Source of the DNA: Fibrobacteria bacterium | Lineage (GTDB): Bacteria > Fibrobacterota > Fibrobacteria > UBA11236 > JADFYW01 | Direction: 5' to 3' | DNA length: 64,000 nt | Assembly: GCA_050294405.1 (NCBI GenBank) | Contig: JBNKOC010000016.1 | Location: 325,178-389,177, forward strand | In this document: in pieces, positions 38,153 through 47,992 of the stretch | Numbering within the stretch: position 1 is the stretch's first letter | Layout: every line of letters starts with the position of its first letter | Notes under the pieces: generated by a model | The model's input: the letters and a program-made list of their open reading frames with translations, nothing else | What the model was told of the DNA's origin: nothing | Database searches by the model: none | Translations under genes and position numbers: made by a program

Positions 38153-39793
38153 ATGCCAGCTGCAGGTACGAAAAAGGATAAAAAGCCAACTTCAGCTAAT
38201 CCTGTGGTAGCAGTTCAAAACCAGGGACAAGATCCCTTTGTTGGAAAAACCGTGGGTCACTGTCTGCTTCAGGAAAAAATCGCTGAAGGAGGCTCTGCCC
38301 ATATATATAAAGCCACCAATACCAGCTTTGACTTGCCCAGGGTTGTAAAAATTTTAAAGCCCTCTTTAGTCTATGAGGAAGAAAACTTTTTGCATTTTAA
38401 GCAAGAAGCCCAATTTACCGCAAGGCTGGATCACCCCAACATCCGCAGGGTTTACGATACCGGAGAAATAGACGGGCACTTTTACATTGAAATGGATTTT
38501 ATTGAGGGGATGACCCTAAGGGAGTATGTATCTGCCAAGTCTAAAATTCCCGAAACTCAGGTGTTAAGCATCGCTTTGCAAATTGCCCAGGCTCTGGAAT
38601 ACGCCCATAACATTCAAATACAAACTACCCTTAGCGGAAAAATCGAGGGGATTCTCCACCGGGATATTAAACCGGAAAATATTATTATCACTCCAACCAA
38701 TCATGTTTATCTGATGGACTTCGGAGCGGCCAAACCCTTAAATTTAACTTCCAATTCCATGCAGGGCATGGTGGTGGGAACTTTTCATTACATGTCTCCC
38801 GAGCAGATTCAGGGAAAGCCAATGGATGCCCGCAGTGATTTTTTCTCTTTGGGTATTGTCATGTACGAGCTTTTGGCTGGAACCAAGCCCTTTACCGCGG
38901 AGAATTTAATTGGCCTGGTGGAAAAGATAAAATCTTCCAGATACATGCCCCTTCGCAAAAGAAGGCGCAGTATTTCTCCTTTAACCCAGGAATTGGTGGA
39001 CAACCTGCTTTCCAAAAACAAAGTCCATCGGCCTTCTTCCGCTTCAGAGATTATCAAGGATTTAAAAATATGTATACAGGCCTATGAAAGCTGGGGCAGG
39101 GGAGATAAGGTTAAAGTTCCATTTTCTTTAAAAAAGTTTTTTCCTAGCCTTTCTTTGATTATATCATTGGTGGCCCTTTGTTTTTCGCTTATGGCTTACT
39201 TTCGCACTCCAGGCTTGGTGAGTACAAAAAATGGAAAGCAATTGCTGGACTCTTCCATTTTGCTGGAGGAGGCTCGGGAACTGGAAGATAAAAAATTGTG
39301 GAAGGCGGCCATTAGCCGTTACGAATCCGTACCTTCGCCTGAAAGAGGAGGAAGGCCAGATGAATATCTGGAAAGCCGTATTAAAATAGCCATTCTTTCC
39401 TATAGCTATTTCAATCAGTTCACCAAGGCCCGGAATATTTTAGAGTCTTTGCGACTTGGGTTTAGCGATCCCGCCATTGATGTATATCTGGGAGAGGTAT
39501 ATTTTAAACTTGCCCTTTATGATGAGGCCGTCACGCGCCTGGAATATGCCTTAAATTCCTCCAAAGGAACCATTATGGATAAGGCGGAGTTGAAAAAAGA
39601 GGCAGAGTACTTTAGGGCCTCTTCACTGGATGGCAAATATACCTTTGTGGATAAAAGTGAGCCTCTGTTGTCCCTTACAATAGAGGCCTGGGAGGATTAC
39701 TCTCAAAATAGCTTTTGTAAAAAAAAACCGGATAAAAGTTGCGAGTTTGCTACAAAGCGCCTGGCGGAACTTTCAAAATTAATGACCAATTAA
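38153..39793 (+). CDS. Hanks-type Ser/Thr protein kinase with a TM helix and TPR domain
   Basis: HRDIKPEN, DFG, GTFHYMSPEQ and DFFSLG. Confidence 0.94.
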   Translation: MPAAGTKKDKKPTSANPVVAVQNQGQDPFVGKTVGHCLLQEKIAEGGSAHIYKATNTSFDLPRVVKILKPSLVYEEENFLHFKQEAQFTARLDHPNIRRVYDTGEIDGHFYIEMDFIEGMTLREYVSAKSKIPETQVLSIALQIAQALEYAHNIQIQTTLSGKIEGILHRDIKPENIIITPTNHVYLMDFGAAKPLNLTSNSMQGMVVGTFHYMSPEQIQGKPMDARSDFFSLGIVMYELLAGTKPFTAENLIGLVEKIKSSRYMPLRKRRRSISPLTQELVDNLLSKNKVHRPSSASEIIKDLKICIQAYESWGRGDKVKVPFSLKKFFPSLSLIISLVALCFSLMAYFRTPGLVSTKNGKQLLDSSILLEEARELEDKKLWKAAISRYESVPSPERGGRPDEYLESRIKIAILSYSYFNQFTKARNILESLRLGFSDPAIDVYLGEVYFKLALYDEAVTRLEYALNSSKGTIMDKAELKKEAEYFRASSLDGKYTFVDKSEPLLSLTIEAWEDYSQNSFCKKKPDKSCEFATKRLAELSKLMTN

Positions 39794-39797
39794 TAAC

Positions 39798-40247
39798 ATG
39801 CGGTTGGTTATCCAAAGGGTAAAATCGGCCCAGGTTAAAATAGAAAATGAGGTTTCCGGCTCCATAAACACGGGTCTTCTTGTTTATATTGGAATCGAGA
39901 GCGCCGACAGCCATGAAGATATAGCCTGGCTTAGTCAAAAGCTCATTAACCTGCGCATTTTTTCAGATACGGATGGCAAAATGAATTTGTCTTTAAAGGA
40001 GGTTGGGGGAAGTATATTACTGGTTAGCCAGTTTACCCTGCACGCTTCCACAAAAAAAGGAAACCGTCCTTCTTTTACCCGCTCTGCTCCAGCCCAAATA
40101 GCTATTCCTCTTTATGAAGAAATGGTAGACACATTAAAGAGTTCGGGAGTTAAGGTGGAAACCGGGCGCTTTGGCGCGGATATGTTAGTGATCTCTGAAA
40201 ATGACGGGCCGGTAACTATCTGGATGGATAGTAAAAACCGGGAGTAA
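39798..40247 (+). CDS. dtd: D-aminoacyl-tRNA deacylase
   Basis: MRLVIQRV, SQFTL and NDGPVT. Confidence 0.97.
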   Translation: MRLVIQRVKSAQVKIENEVSGSINTGLLVYIGIESADSHEDIAWLSQKLINLRIFSDTDGKMNLSLKEVGGSILLVSQFTLHASTKKGNRPSFTRSAPAQIAIPLYEEMVDTLKSSGVKVETGRFGADMLVISENDGPVTIWMDSKNRE

Positions 40248-40254
40248 TTGAGCT

Positions 40255-41094
40255 TTATAAAAATACTACGGTTTTATTGCCATGGATAAAGACTCTGTCT
40301 TCTGTAACTAAGCGCACCGCTTTGGACAAAACATTTTTTTCAACATCTCGTCCGGCTTGGATCATGTCATTTACATCGTAGCGGTGGTTTACGGGAATTA
40401 CATCCTGGCAAATAATAGGGCCTTCATCCAAATCATCAGTAACATAATGGGCTGTGGCCCCAATGATTTTCACCCCTCTTTCGTGGGCCTGGGCATAGGG
40501 TTTGGCTCCCTTGAAAGCGGGCAAAAAAGAATGATGGATGTTTATGGTTTTTCCCTGATACCTGGAAACAAAATTAGGAGAAAGAATTCGCATGTATTTG
40601 GCCAGAATAATGTATTCGGGATTAAGATTATCTATCCATTGGCATATTTTTTCTTCGTGCTCTTCCCGAGTGCAACCTTCGTGGCTGATTACAGAAAAAG
40701 GATAGCCCATTCCCTCACTCAATTTTTCCAGATTGGGGTGGTTTCCCGCCACTCCTAAGATTTCAATGGGAAAATCTCCCGAAAGGGACCGTACTAATAT
40801 ATCCACCAAGCAATAAGGTTCCTTTGTAACCAGGATAGCAACTTTTTTAGGCCCAGGCATGGGCAACTTCCACACCGCATCTTTCGGCAATATGGTTTTA
40901 AGGCCGGCCTCTACGGCTTCCTGGTGAAAGGCGCCTTCCACTTCGCTTCGGCTGAAAAAAGATTTGGTTTTGGGGTCCACAAATTCATTGTAAGAAACAA
41001 TGTTAAGCCCGGTGTTGTAAAGGACGCCGGTTATTTTATGCACGAGGCCGGGCTGGTCTGTGCACTGAATGAGTACTTTTCTCGTGTCCTTCAT
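40255..41094 (-). CDS. purU: Formyltetrahydrofolate deformylase
   Basis: N-terminal ACT domain; INIHHSFLPAF.GA.PY and GATAHYV..DLDEGPII. Confidence 0.97.
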   Translation of the reverse strand: MKDTRKVLIQCTDQPGLVHKITGVLYNTGLNIVSYNEFVDPKTKSFFSRSEVEGAFHQEAVEAGLKTILPKDAVWKLPMPGPKKVAILVTKEPYCLVDILVRSLSGDFPIEILGVAGNHPNLEKLSEGMGYPFSVISHEGCTREEHEEKICQWIDNLNPEYIILAKYMRILSPNFVSRYQGKTINIHHSFLPAFKGAKPYAQAHERGVKIIGATAHYVTDDLDEGPIICQDVIPVNHRYDVNDMIQAGRDVEKNVLSKAVRLVTEDRVFIHGNKTVVFL

Positions 41095-41102
41095 TATAAA
41101 AT

Positions 41103-41324
41103 GTTCCTCTTGTCTTTTCTCGTCGTTGTCGTCCTCATTCCTCGCTCATTTATAAGCAATAAACTTCGCTCGGTCCTCGTCCTGCCGCCTCGATAAAAGC
41201 CAAGATCCTCCATTTTATATTTCATAGTTCCTCTTGTCTTTTCTCGTCGCTGTCGTCTTCATCCCTCGCTCATTTATATGTAATAAACTTCGCTCGGTCC
41301 TCATCCTGCCGCCTCGATAAAAGC
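41103..41324. repeat. Two direct copies of a 98-bp non-coding element (41103-41200 and 41227-41324)
   Basis: Six mismatches between copies; period 124 bp; imperfect terminal inverted repeat (CTTTTCTCG...CGATAAAAG). Confidence 0.93.
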
Positions 41325-41393
41325 TTAAATTAAATTATAAGTTTGGTTTAATTGCACTTGAATGTCCAGGAAATAAAATTTCCGAAGGCATTT

Positions 41394-41912
41394 TTATTCT
41401 TGGTCGCTCTTTGCTGATGTATCGGCGTTGGCGATGGAGTCTTCCCGGGCCAGGCTGTCCATTAAGTGAATCACCCAATTTTTTATTAAGGTAGAGTCAA
41501 GAGACGGAGGTTCAGGAGGATCTTCAATTTTGGCAGTATCGCTATACATAAAGAAGTTTAAATTGCGAAAGTTCACCAGAGCGTTGGAGTCCGCAGGCAC
41601 CACATCCACCGTATCCATGCGGATAAATCCATCGGCGGAAAAACTCATGTCCGTCATTAAGCTATAGGTGGAAAATTCAATGATTCCATCTTCGTCGCTC
41701 TTAAAATATTCCCGCTTTTTATCGGAAAAAGTAAAACGCCCGCTCACGCCCTCAATGGGAAATTTTGTTTCGGCATCTTTAATAACAATGGTGTAATCCA
41801 CCTGAAAGTCACTGGGATTATCGATGGTTTCACAGCCTAAAATCCAAAATGTGCCCAAAGCCGCCAGCAGGCCGGTAGCATATTTCCGCAAAAATTTTTG
41901 AATCGCAGTCAT
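41394..41912 (-). CDS. Hypothetical lipoprotein
   Basis: Lipobox ILGC; IKDAETKFPIEG resembles carboxypeptidase-regulatory domains. Confidence 0.7.
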   Translation of the reverse strand: MTAIQKFLRKYATGLLAALGTFWILGCETIDNPSDFQVDYTIVIKDAETKFPIEGVSGRFTFSDKKREYFKSDEDGIIEFSTYSLMTDMSFSADGFIRMDTVDVVPADSNALVNFRNLNFFMYSDTAKIEDPPEPPSLDSTLIKNWVIHLMDSLAREDSIANADTSAKSDQE

Positions 41913-41985
41913 GGCCACAATATAGGAAATCTCTTTCAAGATTAAAATGTCTGGTGTACTGGGATTTGTGTTTTGGAAAATTTAC

Positions 41986-42516
41986 TCAGGATTCCAGCGC
42001 AGACTGGCCTTTTGCCTCGGCCAAATTATCCAGAATTTGAGCACAGATTTCTTCTGAAGAAAAATTTTCTATGGAAAAGCGCCAGCAACTCTCGGGAACC
42101 TCAAGCGCTAAAAACTGCGACTCCAAAAGCCCGGGGTTAAAAAAATGATTTTTGCGTTTATCCAGCCGTTTGCCAATATAGCCATAAGAACCGTCTAAAA
42201 AAACTGTAAAAAACTGGTGGATGTTAGTAGACAAAATTTCCCTGTATTTTTCTTTTAAAGCCGAGCAGGCCAGTATACTTCGCTTTTGTTGCTGTTGGTT
42301 TTCAAATATTTTTTTATTGAGGGCATCCAGCCAGGGCTCCCGGTTTTTATCTTCCAGCGGGATGCCTTTAGCCATTAACATTTTGTTTTCTTCGCTGTGG
42401 TAATCGTCCGCCTCAATCAGCTCCCCATCCAACTCAACAGATAAAAGACGGGACAAAGTGGATTTGCCGCAGCCGGAAACCCCCATAACCAACACACAAA
42501 AACTGGAGTGATACAA
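41986..42516 (-). CDS. gntK: Gluconokinase
   Basis: MGVSGCGKST, EADDYH, ACSALK..YR and LLESQF. Confidence 0.93.
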   Translation of the reverse strand: MYHSSFCVLVMGVSGCGKSTLSRLLSVELDGELIEADDYHSEENKMLMAKGIPLEDKNREPWLDALNKKIFENQQQQKRSILACSALKEKYREILSTNIHQFFTVFLDGSYGYIGKRLDKRKNHFFNPGLLESQFLALEVPESCWRFSIENFSSEEICAQILDNLAEAKGQSALES

Positions 42517-42518
42517 GA

Positions 42519-43865
42519 TTAATACAAGTGAAGAGGAATGCGCAATATATCGTGAAAGGTGATAAAGAGCGCCAATGTTATAAAGAGGCTCACAGCAATT
42601 TGATTGATGCGCATTTGGGTTTTAAGGGTCAGAGGCCTTTTGCGAATCGCTTCCAAAAACAAAAAGAAAATAATACCCCCATCCGTGATAATAAGGGGAA
42701 GCAAGTTAATAAGCCCCAGGTTTAAGCTGATAAGGGCCAAAAACTTGATGAAATCCTGAAAGCTTTGGCGAAAGCTGTTGCCAATAATTTGCAGTATTCC
42801 CACAGGGCCTGAAAGGGCTTTTAGTTTTACTTGTCCACGTAGGATGCCTTTTAAAACTACAAACACAGCCACAGAGTTTTGCAGATTAACATCCCAGCTT
42901 TTCTTAAGGCTTTCCGTAAAGCCCCGACGAACCAGATGGGTAGGGGTGTTAAAGATGGTAGTGATTTGAACTCCAATTAAATAACTGTTGGATTCGGCAT
43001 CCAGTTCGGGAGTTACGAAAAGGGCGAGTTCTTCATCCTCCCGCTCCACCATAACCGTTAATTCTTTGCCCTGACTGGCATTTACAATTTGGGAAAAGGA
43101 AGAGTGATCAGCCACTTCCACACCTTCGGCGGATATAACTTTATCGCCCGCCTGAAAGCCCGCATTTTTCGCCGGAGTTCCCAGCACTTTCATAATTTGC
43201 ACATGGGTTTGGCCGGGAATAATACCGCTCATGGCAAAGCCCATTTCGTGCATTTCGGGGGTTATAGTCAGATCCAAAACCTCATCACCTCTACGTACCT
43301 GAATAGGCAGGGTGTTGTTGGCTTCCACAGCAACGGCGTTTAAAAACTGCTCCAATCCCACAATGGGTTTGCCGCCAAATTGCGTAATAACATCTCCCGT
43401 TTGGATACCAGCCTCTTCGGCAGGGGAGTCTTCCATAACTTTGCCCACCGTGATTTCATTGGAAACAGGCTCCTGCATGCCAATCATAAACAAAGCTATT
43501 AAAACCAAAAAAGAAAAAACGATGTTAACAAAGGGGCCCCCAAAGGCTATGCCCATGCGTTGAGGGATAGACTTGGCAGAAAAATCATCGGAGTCTTGAG
43601 AATGTTTATCGCCGGGCTGTTCGCCTTTCATGGCCACATAGCCCCCAAAGGGAATGGCCTTGATGCAGTATTCTGTATCGCCCCGTTTAAAACTAAAAAG
43701 AGTTTTGCCAAAACCAATACTAAAAGTATTCACGCGTACGCCGAATTTTTTGGCAACGAAAAAATGGCCGCCTTCGTGGATTAAAACCAAAAAACTAAGG
43801 CCTAAAAGGCCAATAACAAACTGTGTGGCAAATTGCCAAATGAGTGCAAAACTTAAATCAGGCAT
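42519..43865 (-). CDS. rseP: RIP metalloprotease RseP
   Basis: HEGGH, two PDZ domains and NLLP...DGG. Confidence 0.95.
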   Translation of the reverse strand: MPDLSFALIWQFATQFVIGLLGLSFLVLIHEGGHFFVAKKFGVRVNTFSIGFGKTLFSFKRGDTEYCIKAIPFGGYVAMKGEQPGDKHSQDSDDFSAKSIPQRMGIAFGGPFVNIVFSFLVLIALFMIGMQEPVSNEITVGKVMEDSPAEEAGIQTGDVITQFGGKPIVGLEQFLNAVAVEANNTLPIQVRRGDEVLDLTITPEMHEMGFAMSGIIPGQTHVQIMKVLGTPAKNAGFQAGDKVISAEGVEVADHSSFSQIVNASQGKELTVMVEREDEELALFVTPELDAESNSYLIGVQITTIFNTPTHLVRRGFTESLKKSWDVNLQNSVAVFVVLKGILRGQVKLKALSGPVGILQIIGNSFRQSFQDFIKFLALISLNLGLINLLPLIITDGGIIFFLFLEAIRKRPLTLKTQMRINQIAVSLFITLALFITFHDILRIPLHLY

Positions 43866-45033
43866 GTTTTAATGATTGGCTTGTTAAAAAAGACATGGCA
43901 TTTTCCCGGGCCCAGTTGTCGGCCTCTAAACAGTCCTCTAAGCTGGGTTCCACAATCTTTGTATGATTTTCCAGAATATTTTCAAGAGTATCAGGAATGG
44001 CGTTAAAGGAAATCTTTTCCTTTAAAAACTGGTCCACGACCACCTCATTGGCCCCATTGAGAACTGCAGGAGCCACACCTCCCAGTTTTCCTGCTTTGTA
44101 GGCTAATTTTATGCAGCGAAACTTTTCCATATCCGGAGGGAAAAATTCCAGCGTTCCCTGTTTGGCAATATCCAGGCGTTCGATATTAAGCGGCCATCTT
44201 TCGGGATAAGTCATGGCATACAATATAGGCAATTTCATGTCGGGAGTCCCCAATTGGGCCATGAGAGAACCGTCCTGAAATTGAACAAAGGAATGGACTG
44301 TGGAGCTTGGGTGGATAACCACTTCAATTTTTTCAAAGTCCATTTGAAAAAGATGGTGGGCTTCAATAACCTCAAGGCCCTTGTTCATCATGGTGGCAGA
44401 ATCGATGGTTATTTTGGGGCCCATGTTCCAGGTGGGGTGATTAAGGGCCTCTTTTACTGTGATTTTTGAAAACTCTTCTTTTGGGGTTTTACGAAAAGGT
44501 CCGCCAGATGCGGTTAAAATCAAATTTTCCACCTCACTGGAAGGACGGCCCGCCAGACACTGAAAAATAGCCGAATGCTCGGAGTCGATGGGAACAAGGC
44601 GGCTTTCGGGATGCTTGTCCAGCGTATTCCGAATAATTTGTCCGGCCATGACCATGGTCTCTTTGTTGGCAAGTCCCACTTGTTTTCCATATTCAAGGGC
44701 TTTTAAGGTGGGAAGGCATCCAATGGAGCCCACGAGTCCGTTTACCACATAGGAAATATCCGAGTCGCAGCAAAGCTCTAAAAGGCCTTCCATGCCCAAT
44801 AAAACCTCGCCCTGAAACTCTTTTTTTAACTCTTTATAAGCGCTCTCTTCCCATACACATACCCGCTTTACCCCGAACTCCTTAAGGGCGGGCAGCAGGC
44901 CTTTCCAATTGGAATGGATGGCCATACTGTGGATACTGAATTTATCCCTGTGTTGGCGTACCACATCCTGGGTGCTGACTCCGATGGAACCGGTGGCGCC
45001 CAGAAGGCAAAGACTTTTTTGCTTGGAACTCAT
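43858..45033 (-). CDS. dxr: 1-deoxy-D-xylulose 5-phosphate reductoisomerase
   Basis: LGATGSIG, LANKE, PIDSEHSAIFQ and KITIDSATMMNKGLE. Confidence 0.98.
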   Translation of the reverse strand: MSSKQKSLCLLGATGSIGVSTQDVVRQHRDKFSIHSMAIHSNWKGLLPALKEFGVKRVCVWEESAYKELKKEFQGEVLLGMEGLLELCCDSDISYVVNGLVGSIGCLPTLKALEYGKQVGLANKETMVMAGQIIRNTLDKHPESRLVPIDSEHSAIFQCLAGRPSSEVENLILTASGGPFRKTPKEEFSKITVKEALNHPTWNMGPKITIDSATMMNKGLEVIEAHHLFQMDFEKIEVVIHPSSTVHSFVQFQDGSLMAQLGTPDMKLPILYAMTYPERWPLNIERLDIAKQGTLEFFPPDMEKFRCIKLAYKAGKLGGVAPAVLNGANEVVVDQFLKEKISFNAIPDTLENILENHTKIVEPSLEDCLEADNWARENAMSFLTSQSLKHA

Positions 45034-45038
45034 GCTTA

Positions 45039-45875
45039 CTATGCTACCAATTTAAAGATTAAAAGGGCAAAGGGCGCGGAAAAAAACAGAGAATCGAACC
45101 TGTCCAATACTCCCCCGTGACCTGGAATAAGCTTGGAAGCATCTTTTACATCTACATAACGTTTTAAGGAGGATATTAATAAATCCCCCACCACTGCCGT
45201 GGTGGTCATAACTATTCCAAAAATAACACTGGGCAAGATACCCCAATTTAAAAAGAAGGGGCCCACCCAAAGGCAAAGGGCAAGGGTAGCCACAAAACCA
45301 CCCACAAGACCTTCAATGGTTTTTTTGGGACTGATTTCGGGACATAGTTTGTGTTTTCCCAGATATTTCCCAGCAAAATAACCTCCGGTATCGGCGGTTA
45401 TCATACAAAAAGCCGTCCAGATAAAGGGCCCACTGGAAGCCCAGCCCACCTCTTTTGCAGACAATTGGAAAAGAGCGGGAACCCAAAATCCAAAAAAGCC
45501 AAGACCTGCGCCCTGCATAAAAATCCAAGGGGCAATATTAGAAAGTACGGCCCATTTAAAAGCGCAGAGCACTCCAATTAATCCAAAAAACAGATAAAAA
45601 AACTGGTTGTAAATTTGGGAGCCCAAATCCGATAGCCGCACAACTGGCAAATAGGGTAACACTAACATCAGAACCACAAAAGGCAGCAAAAAATTTTTCC
45701 AGCGGGGGCCTTCGGGAAAAAACTTTTTGGCTAGCATGAGGCTGTATTCGTAAGAGCCGCCCACAATAAAAAAGGCAAAGACCAGCCAACGGCTAAGGGG
45801 GTGCCACACAATTCCCCCAATGCATACCAGCGTGAGGATAACCGCGGAAATTATACGCAATGCTAAATTATTCAT
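45039..45875 (-). CDS. cdsA: Phosphatidate cytidylyltransferase
   Basis: ISPKKTIEG and KD...IPGHGGVLDRFDS. Confidence 0.96.
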   Translation of the reverse strand: MNNLALRIISAVILTLVCIGGIVWHPLSRWLVFAFFIVGGSYEYSLMLAKKFFPEGPRWKNFLLPFVVLMLVLPYLPVVRLSDLGSQIYNQFFYLFFGLIGVLCAFKWAVLSNIAPWIFMQGAGLGFFGFWVPALFQLSAKEVGWASSGPFIWTAFCMITADTGGYFAGKYLGKHKLCPEISPKKTIEGLVGGFVATLALCLWVGPFFLNWGILPSVIFGIVMTTTAVVGDLLISSLKRYVDVKDASKLIPGHGGVLDRFDSLFFSAPFALLIFKLVA

Positions 45876-45919
45876 CTTTCCCGTACAAAAGATAATTTAG
45901 CCAAGGCTGGAGCAGGTGC

Positions 45920-46693
45920 TCAACTTTCCTTTACCCCACCAAAATTTCGTTGGGTGCTGAGATAATAGGCGATGGCTTTTTCCAGTTCGTCCCGGTCAAA
46001 GTCAGGCCATAGGGTAGGGGTTACATAAATTTCGGTATAAGCCACTTGCCACAACAAAAAGTTGGACACGCGCATATCCCCGCCTGTGCGAATTAAGAGC
46101 TCCGGATCGGGAACATCGGGGCAGTACAGATATTTTGAAAAAACTTCTTCATTAAGGGTATCGGCATCGAGTTTTCCTGCTGCCACGTCTTTGCTGATGG
46201 ATTTGCAAGCGTCCACAATTTCTTGCCGACCACCGTAAGAAAGGGCTAAAACCAGTTTAAGTCCTGTATTTTGACTGGTTTTTTCCATGCCCCATTCCAG
46301 CTCTTTGCGGGTTTTTTCGGGGAGCATGCTTAAATTGCCCGTGGCCATCAAGCGAACATTTTCCTGATTCAGTTCGTTGATTTCAGATTTGATTTTCTCA
46401 ATGAGGAGTTTCATCAAAGCTGTGACTTCGAGCTTGGGCCGACGCCAATTTTCGGAACTGAATACATAAACGGTTAAATAATCAATTCCCAATTCGCCGC
46501 AGGCCTTAACCAGCCGCTTTGTGGCTTTAGTGCCTTCGCGGTGTCCCAAGGTGCGGGGCAATTTGTTGGCTTTGGCCCAACGACCGTTGCCGTCCATAAT
46601 AACAGCAATATGCTTGGGTAATTGATTTATGGCCCCATTTAGTCCCGCTAGGGGAGAGCTTTTTTCGCTTTTTTCCTTGGCCAGTTTAGACAT
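45920..46693 (-). CDS. uppS: Undecaprenyl diphosphate synthase
   Basis: HIAVIMDGNGRW, FSSENW.R and RVSNFLLWQ. Confidence 0.97.
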   Translation of the reverse strand: MSKLAKEKSEKSSPLAGLNGAINQLPKHIAVIMDGNGRWAKANKLPRTLGHREGTKATKRLVKACGELGIDYLTVYVFSSENWRRPKLEVTALMKLLIEKIKSEINELNQENVRLMATGNLSMLPEKTRKELEWGMEKTSQNTGLKLVLALSYGGRQEIVDACKSISKDVAAGKLDADTLNEEVFSKYLYCPDVPDPELLIRTGGDMRVSNFLLWQVAYTEIYVTPTLWPDFDRDELEKAIAYYLSTQRNFGGVKES

Positions 46694-46713
46694 GTTTTTA
46701 CCGGTTATCTTAA

Positions 46714-47262
46714 TCAGATATCCATGATATCTTTCTCTTTTTCCTGGACCAATTTATCCAAGAAGCCGATGTATTTATCCGTTAAATTTTGGATAATGTC
46801 TTTTTCGTGTTTGAGTTCATCTTCCGATTCACCCGTTTCTTTGGCCTGCTTTTTAAGGCTGTCATTTTCATCTCTGCGGATGTTGCGAATACCCACTTTG
46901 GCTTCTTCGCCAACGCCTCTAACCTTCTTGGCCAGTTCTTTGCGCCTTTCCGTTGTTAGAATAGGCAAATTCAGGCGAATGGTTACTCCGTCATTTTGAG
47001 GAGGCAGTCCCAAATCGCTGGAGGATATGGCCCTTTCAATGGCATCTATCATACCTTTTTCAAAGGGTTGGATAGAAAGGGTTCTGGGTTCGGGAACAGA
47101 AACATTGGCCACATGATTAATGGGAGTGGGAACTCCATAATAATCTACCATTACGCTTTCCAGCATGGCAGGTGTGGCAACACCGGTTCTTATTTTCGCC
47201 AGGTCCTTTTTTAAAGAATCCACGGTTTTTTGCATTCGAGATTCAATGGCCTTCTGGTCCAT
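46714..47262 (-). CDS. frr: Ribosome recycling factor
   Basis: IRTG.A.P, ERRKEL.K and IRNIRRD. Confidence 0.97.
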   Translation of the reverse strand: MDQKAIESRMQKTVDSLKKDLAKIRTGVATPAMLESVMVDYYGVPTPINHVANVSVPEPRTLSIQPFEKGMIDAIERAISSSDLGLPPQNDGVTIRLNLPILTTERRKELAKKVRGVGEEAKVGIRNIRRDENDSLKKQAKETGESEDELKHEKDIIQNLTDKYIGFLDKLVQEKEKDIMDI

Positions 47263-47987
47263 CAGTTTTCCTCCGCAGTGACAATGGTTCCTAACTTTTC
47301 TCCCTTAGCTGCCTTGAGCAAGTTGCCTTCTTTGTTCATATCAAAAACCAAAATAGGCATGTTATTTTCGCGGCATAAGGCTATGGAAGAAGTATCCATA
47401 ACAGCTAATTGCTGGTTTATAACTTGGGTAAAATTCAAAGCTTCGTATTTAACAGCATCTGAAAATTTAACGGGATCTTTGTCGTAAATGCCATCTACCT
47501 TGGTGGCCTTCATAATAATGTCCGCATTAATTTCAATGGCCCTCAGTGTGGCGGCGCTGTCGGTAGTAAAATAGGGATTGCCTGTTCCCGCACCGAATAA
47601 GACAATTCGGCCTTTTTCAAGGTGCCGAACGGCTCTGCGACGGATAAAAGGTTCGGCGACAGCTCTCATGTTAAGAGCGGTCATAACACGAGTGTTCACT
47701 CCGTTTTGTTCAATGGCATTTTGCATGGCTATACAGTTGATAACAGTGCCCAACATACCCATATGATCTGCAGCTACTCTGTCGATACCTTCGCCTGAGG
47801 CGGATAGACCGCGAATAATATTGCCGCCGCCAATAACTATTCCAACTTCGATACCCAACTTGTGGACCTCGACAATTTGTTTGGAAATGCTTTGGAGAAT
47901 GTGGGTGTCAATGCCAGTACCCTGACCACCGGCCAGGGCTTCACCACTTAATTTGAGTAATATGCGTTTATAAACTTTGTCGGGCAT
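47262..47987 (-). CDS. pyrH: UMP kinase
   Basis: LLKLSGEAL, GGGNI.RG and GNPYFTTDSAA. Confidence 0.98.
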   Translation of the reverse strand: MPDKVYKRILLKLSGEALAGGQGTGIDTHILQSISKQIVEVHKLGIEVGIVIGGGNIIRGLSASGEGIDRVAADHMGMLGTVINCIAMQNAIEQNGVNTRVMTALNMRAVAEPFIRRRAVRHLEKGRIVLFGAGTGNPYFTTDSAATLRAIEINADIIMKATKVDGIYDKDPVKFSDAVKYEALNFTQVINQQLAVMDTSSIALCRENNMPILVFDMNKEGNLLKAAKGEKLGTIVTAEEN

Positions 47988-47992
47988 ATTTC

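Noticed and set aside
41103..41324. Tandem ZTP/THF riboswitch or CRISPR upstream of purU
   Set aside because: It lacks ZTP consensus elements such as GACUGGCG and CGCCUGGGC. A 98-bp repeat with one 26-bp gap does not fit CRISPR.
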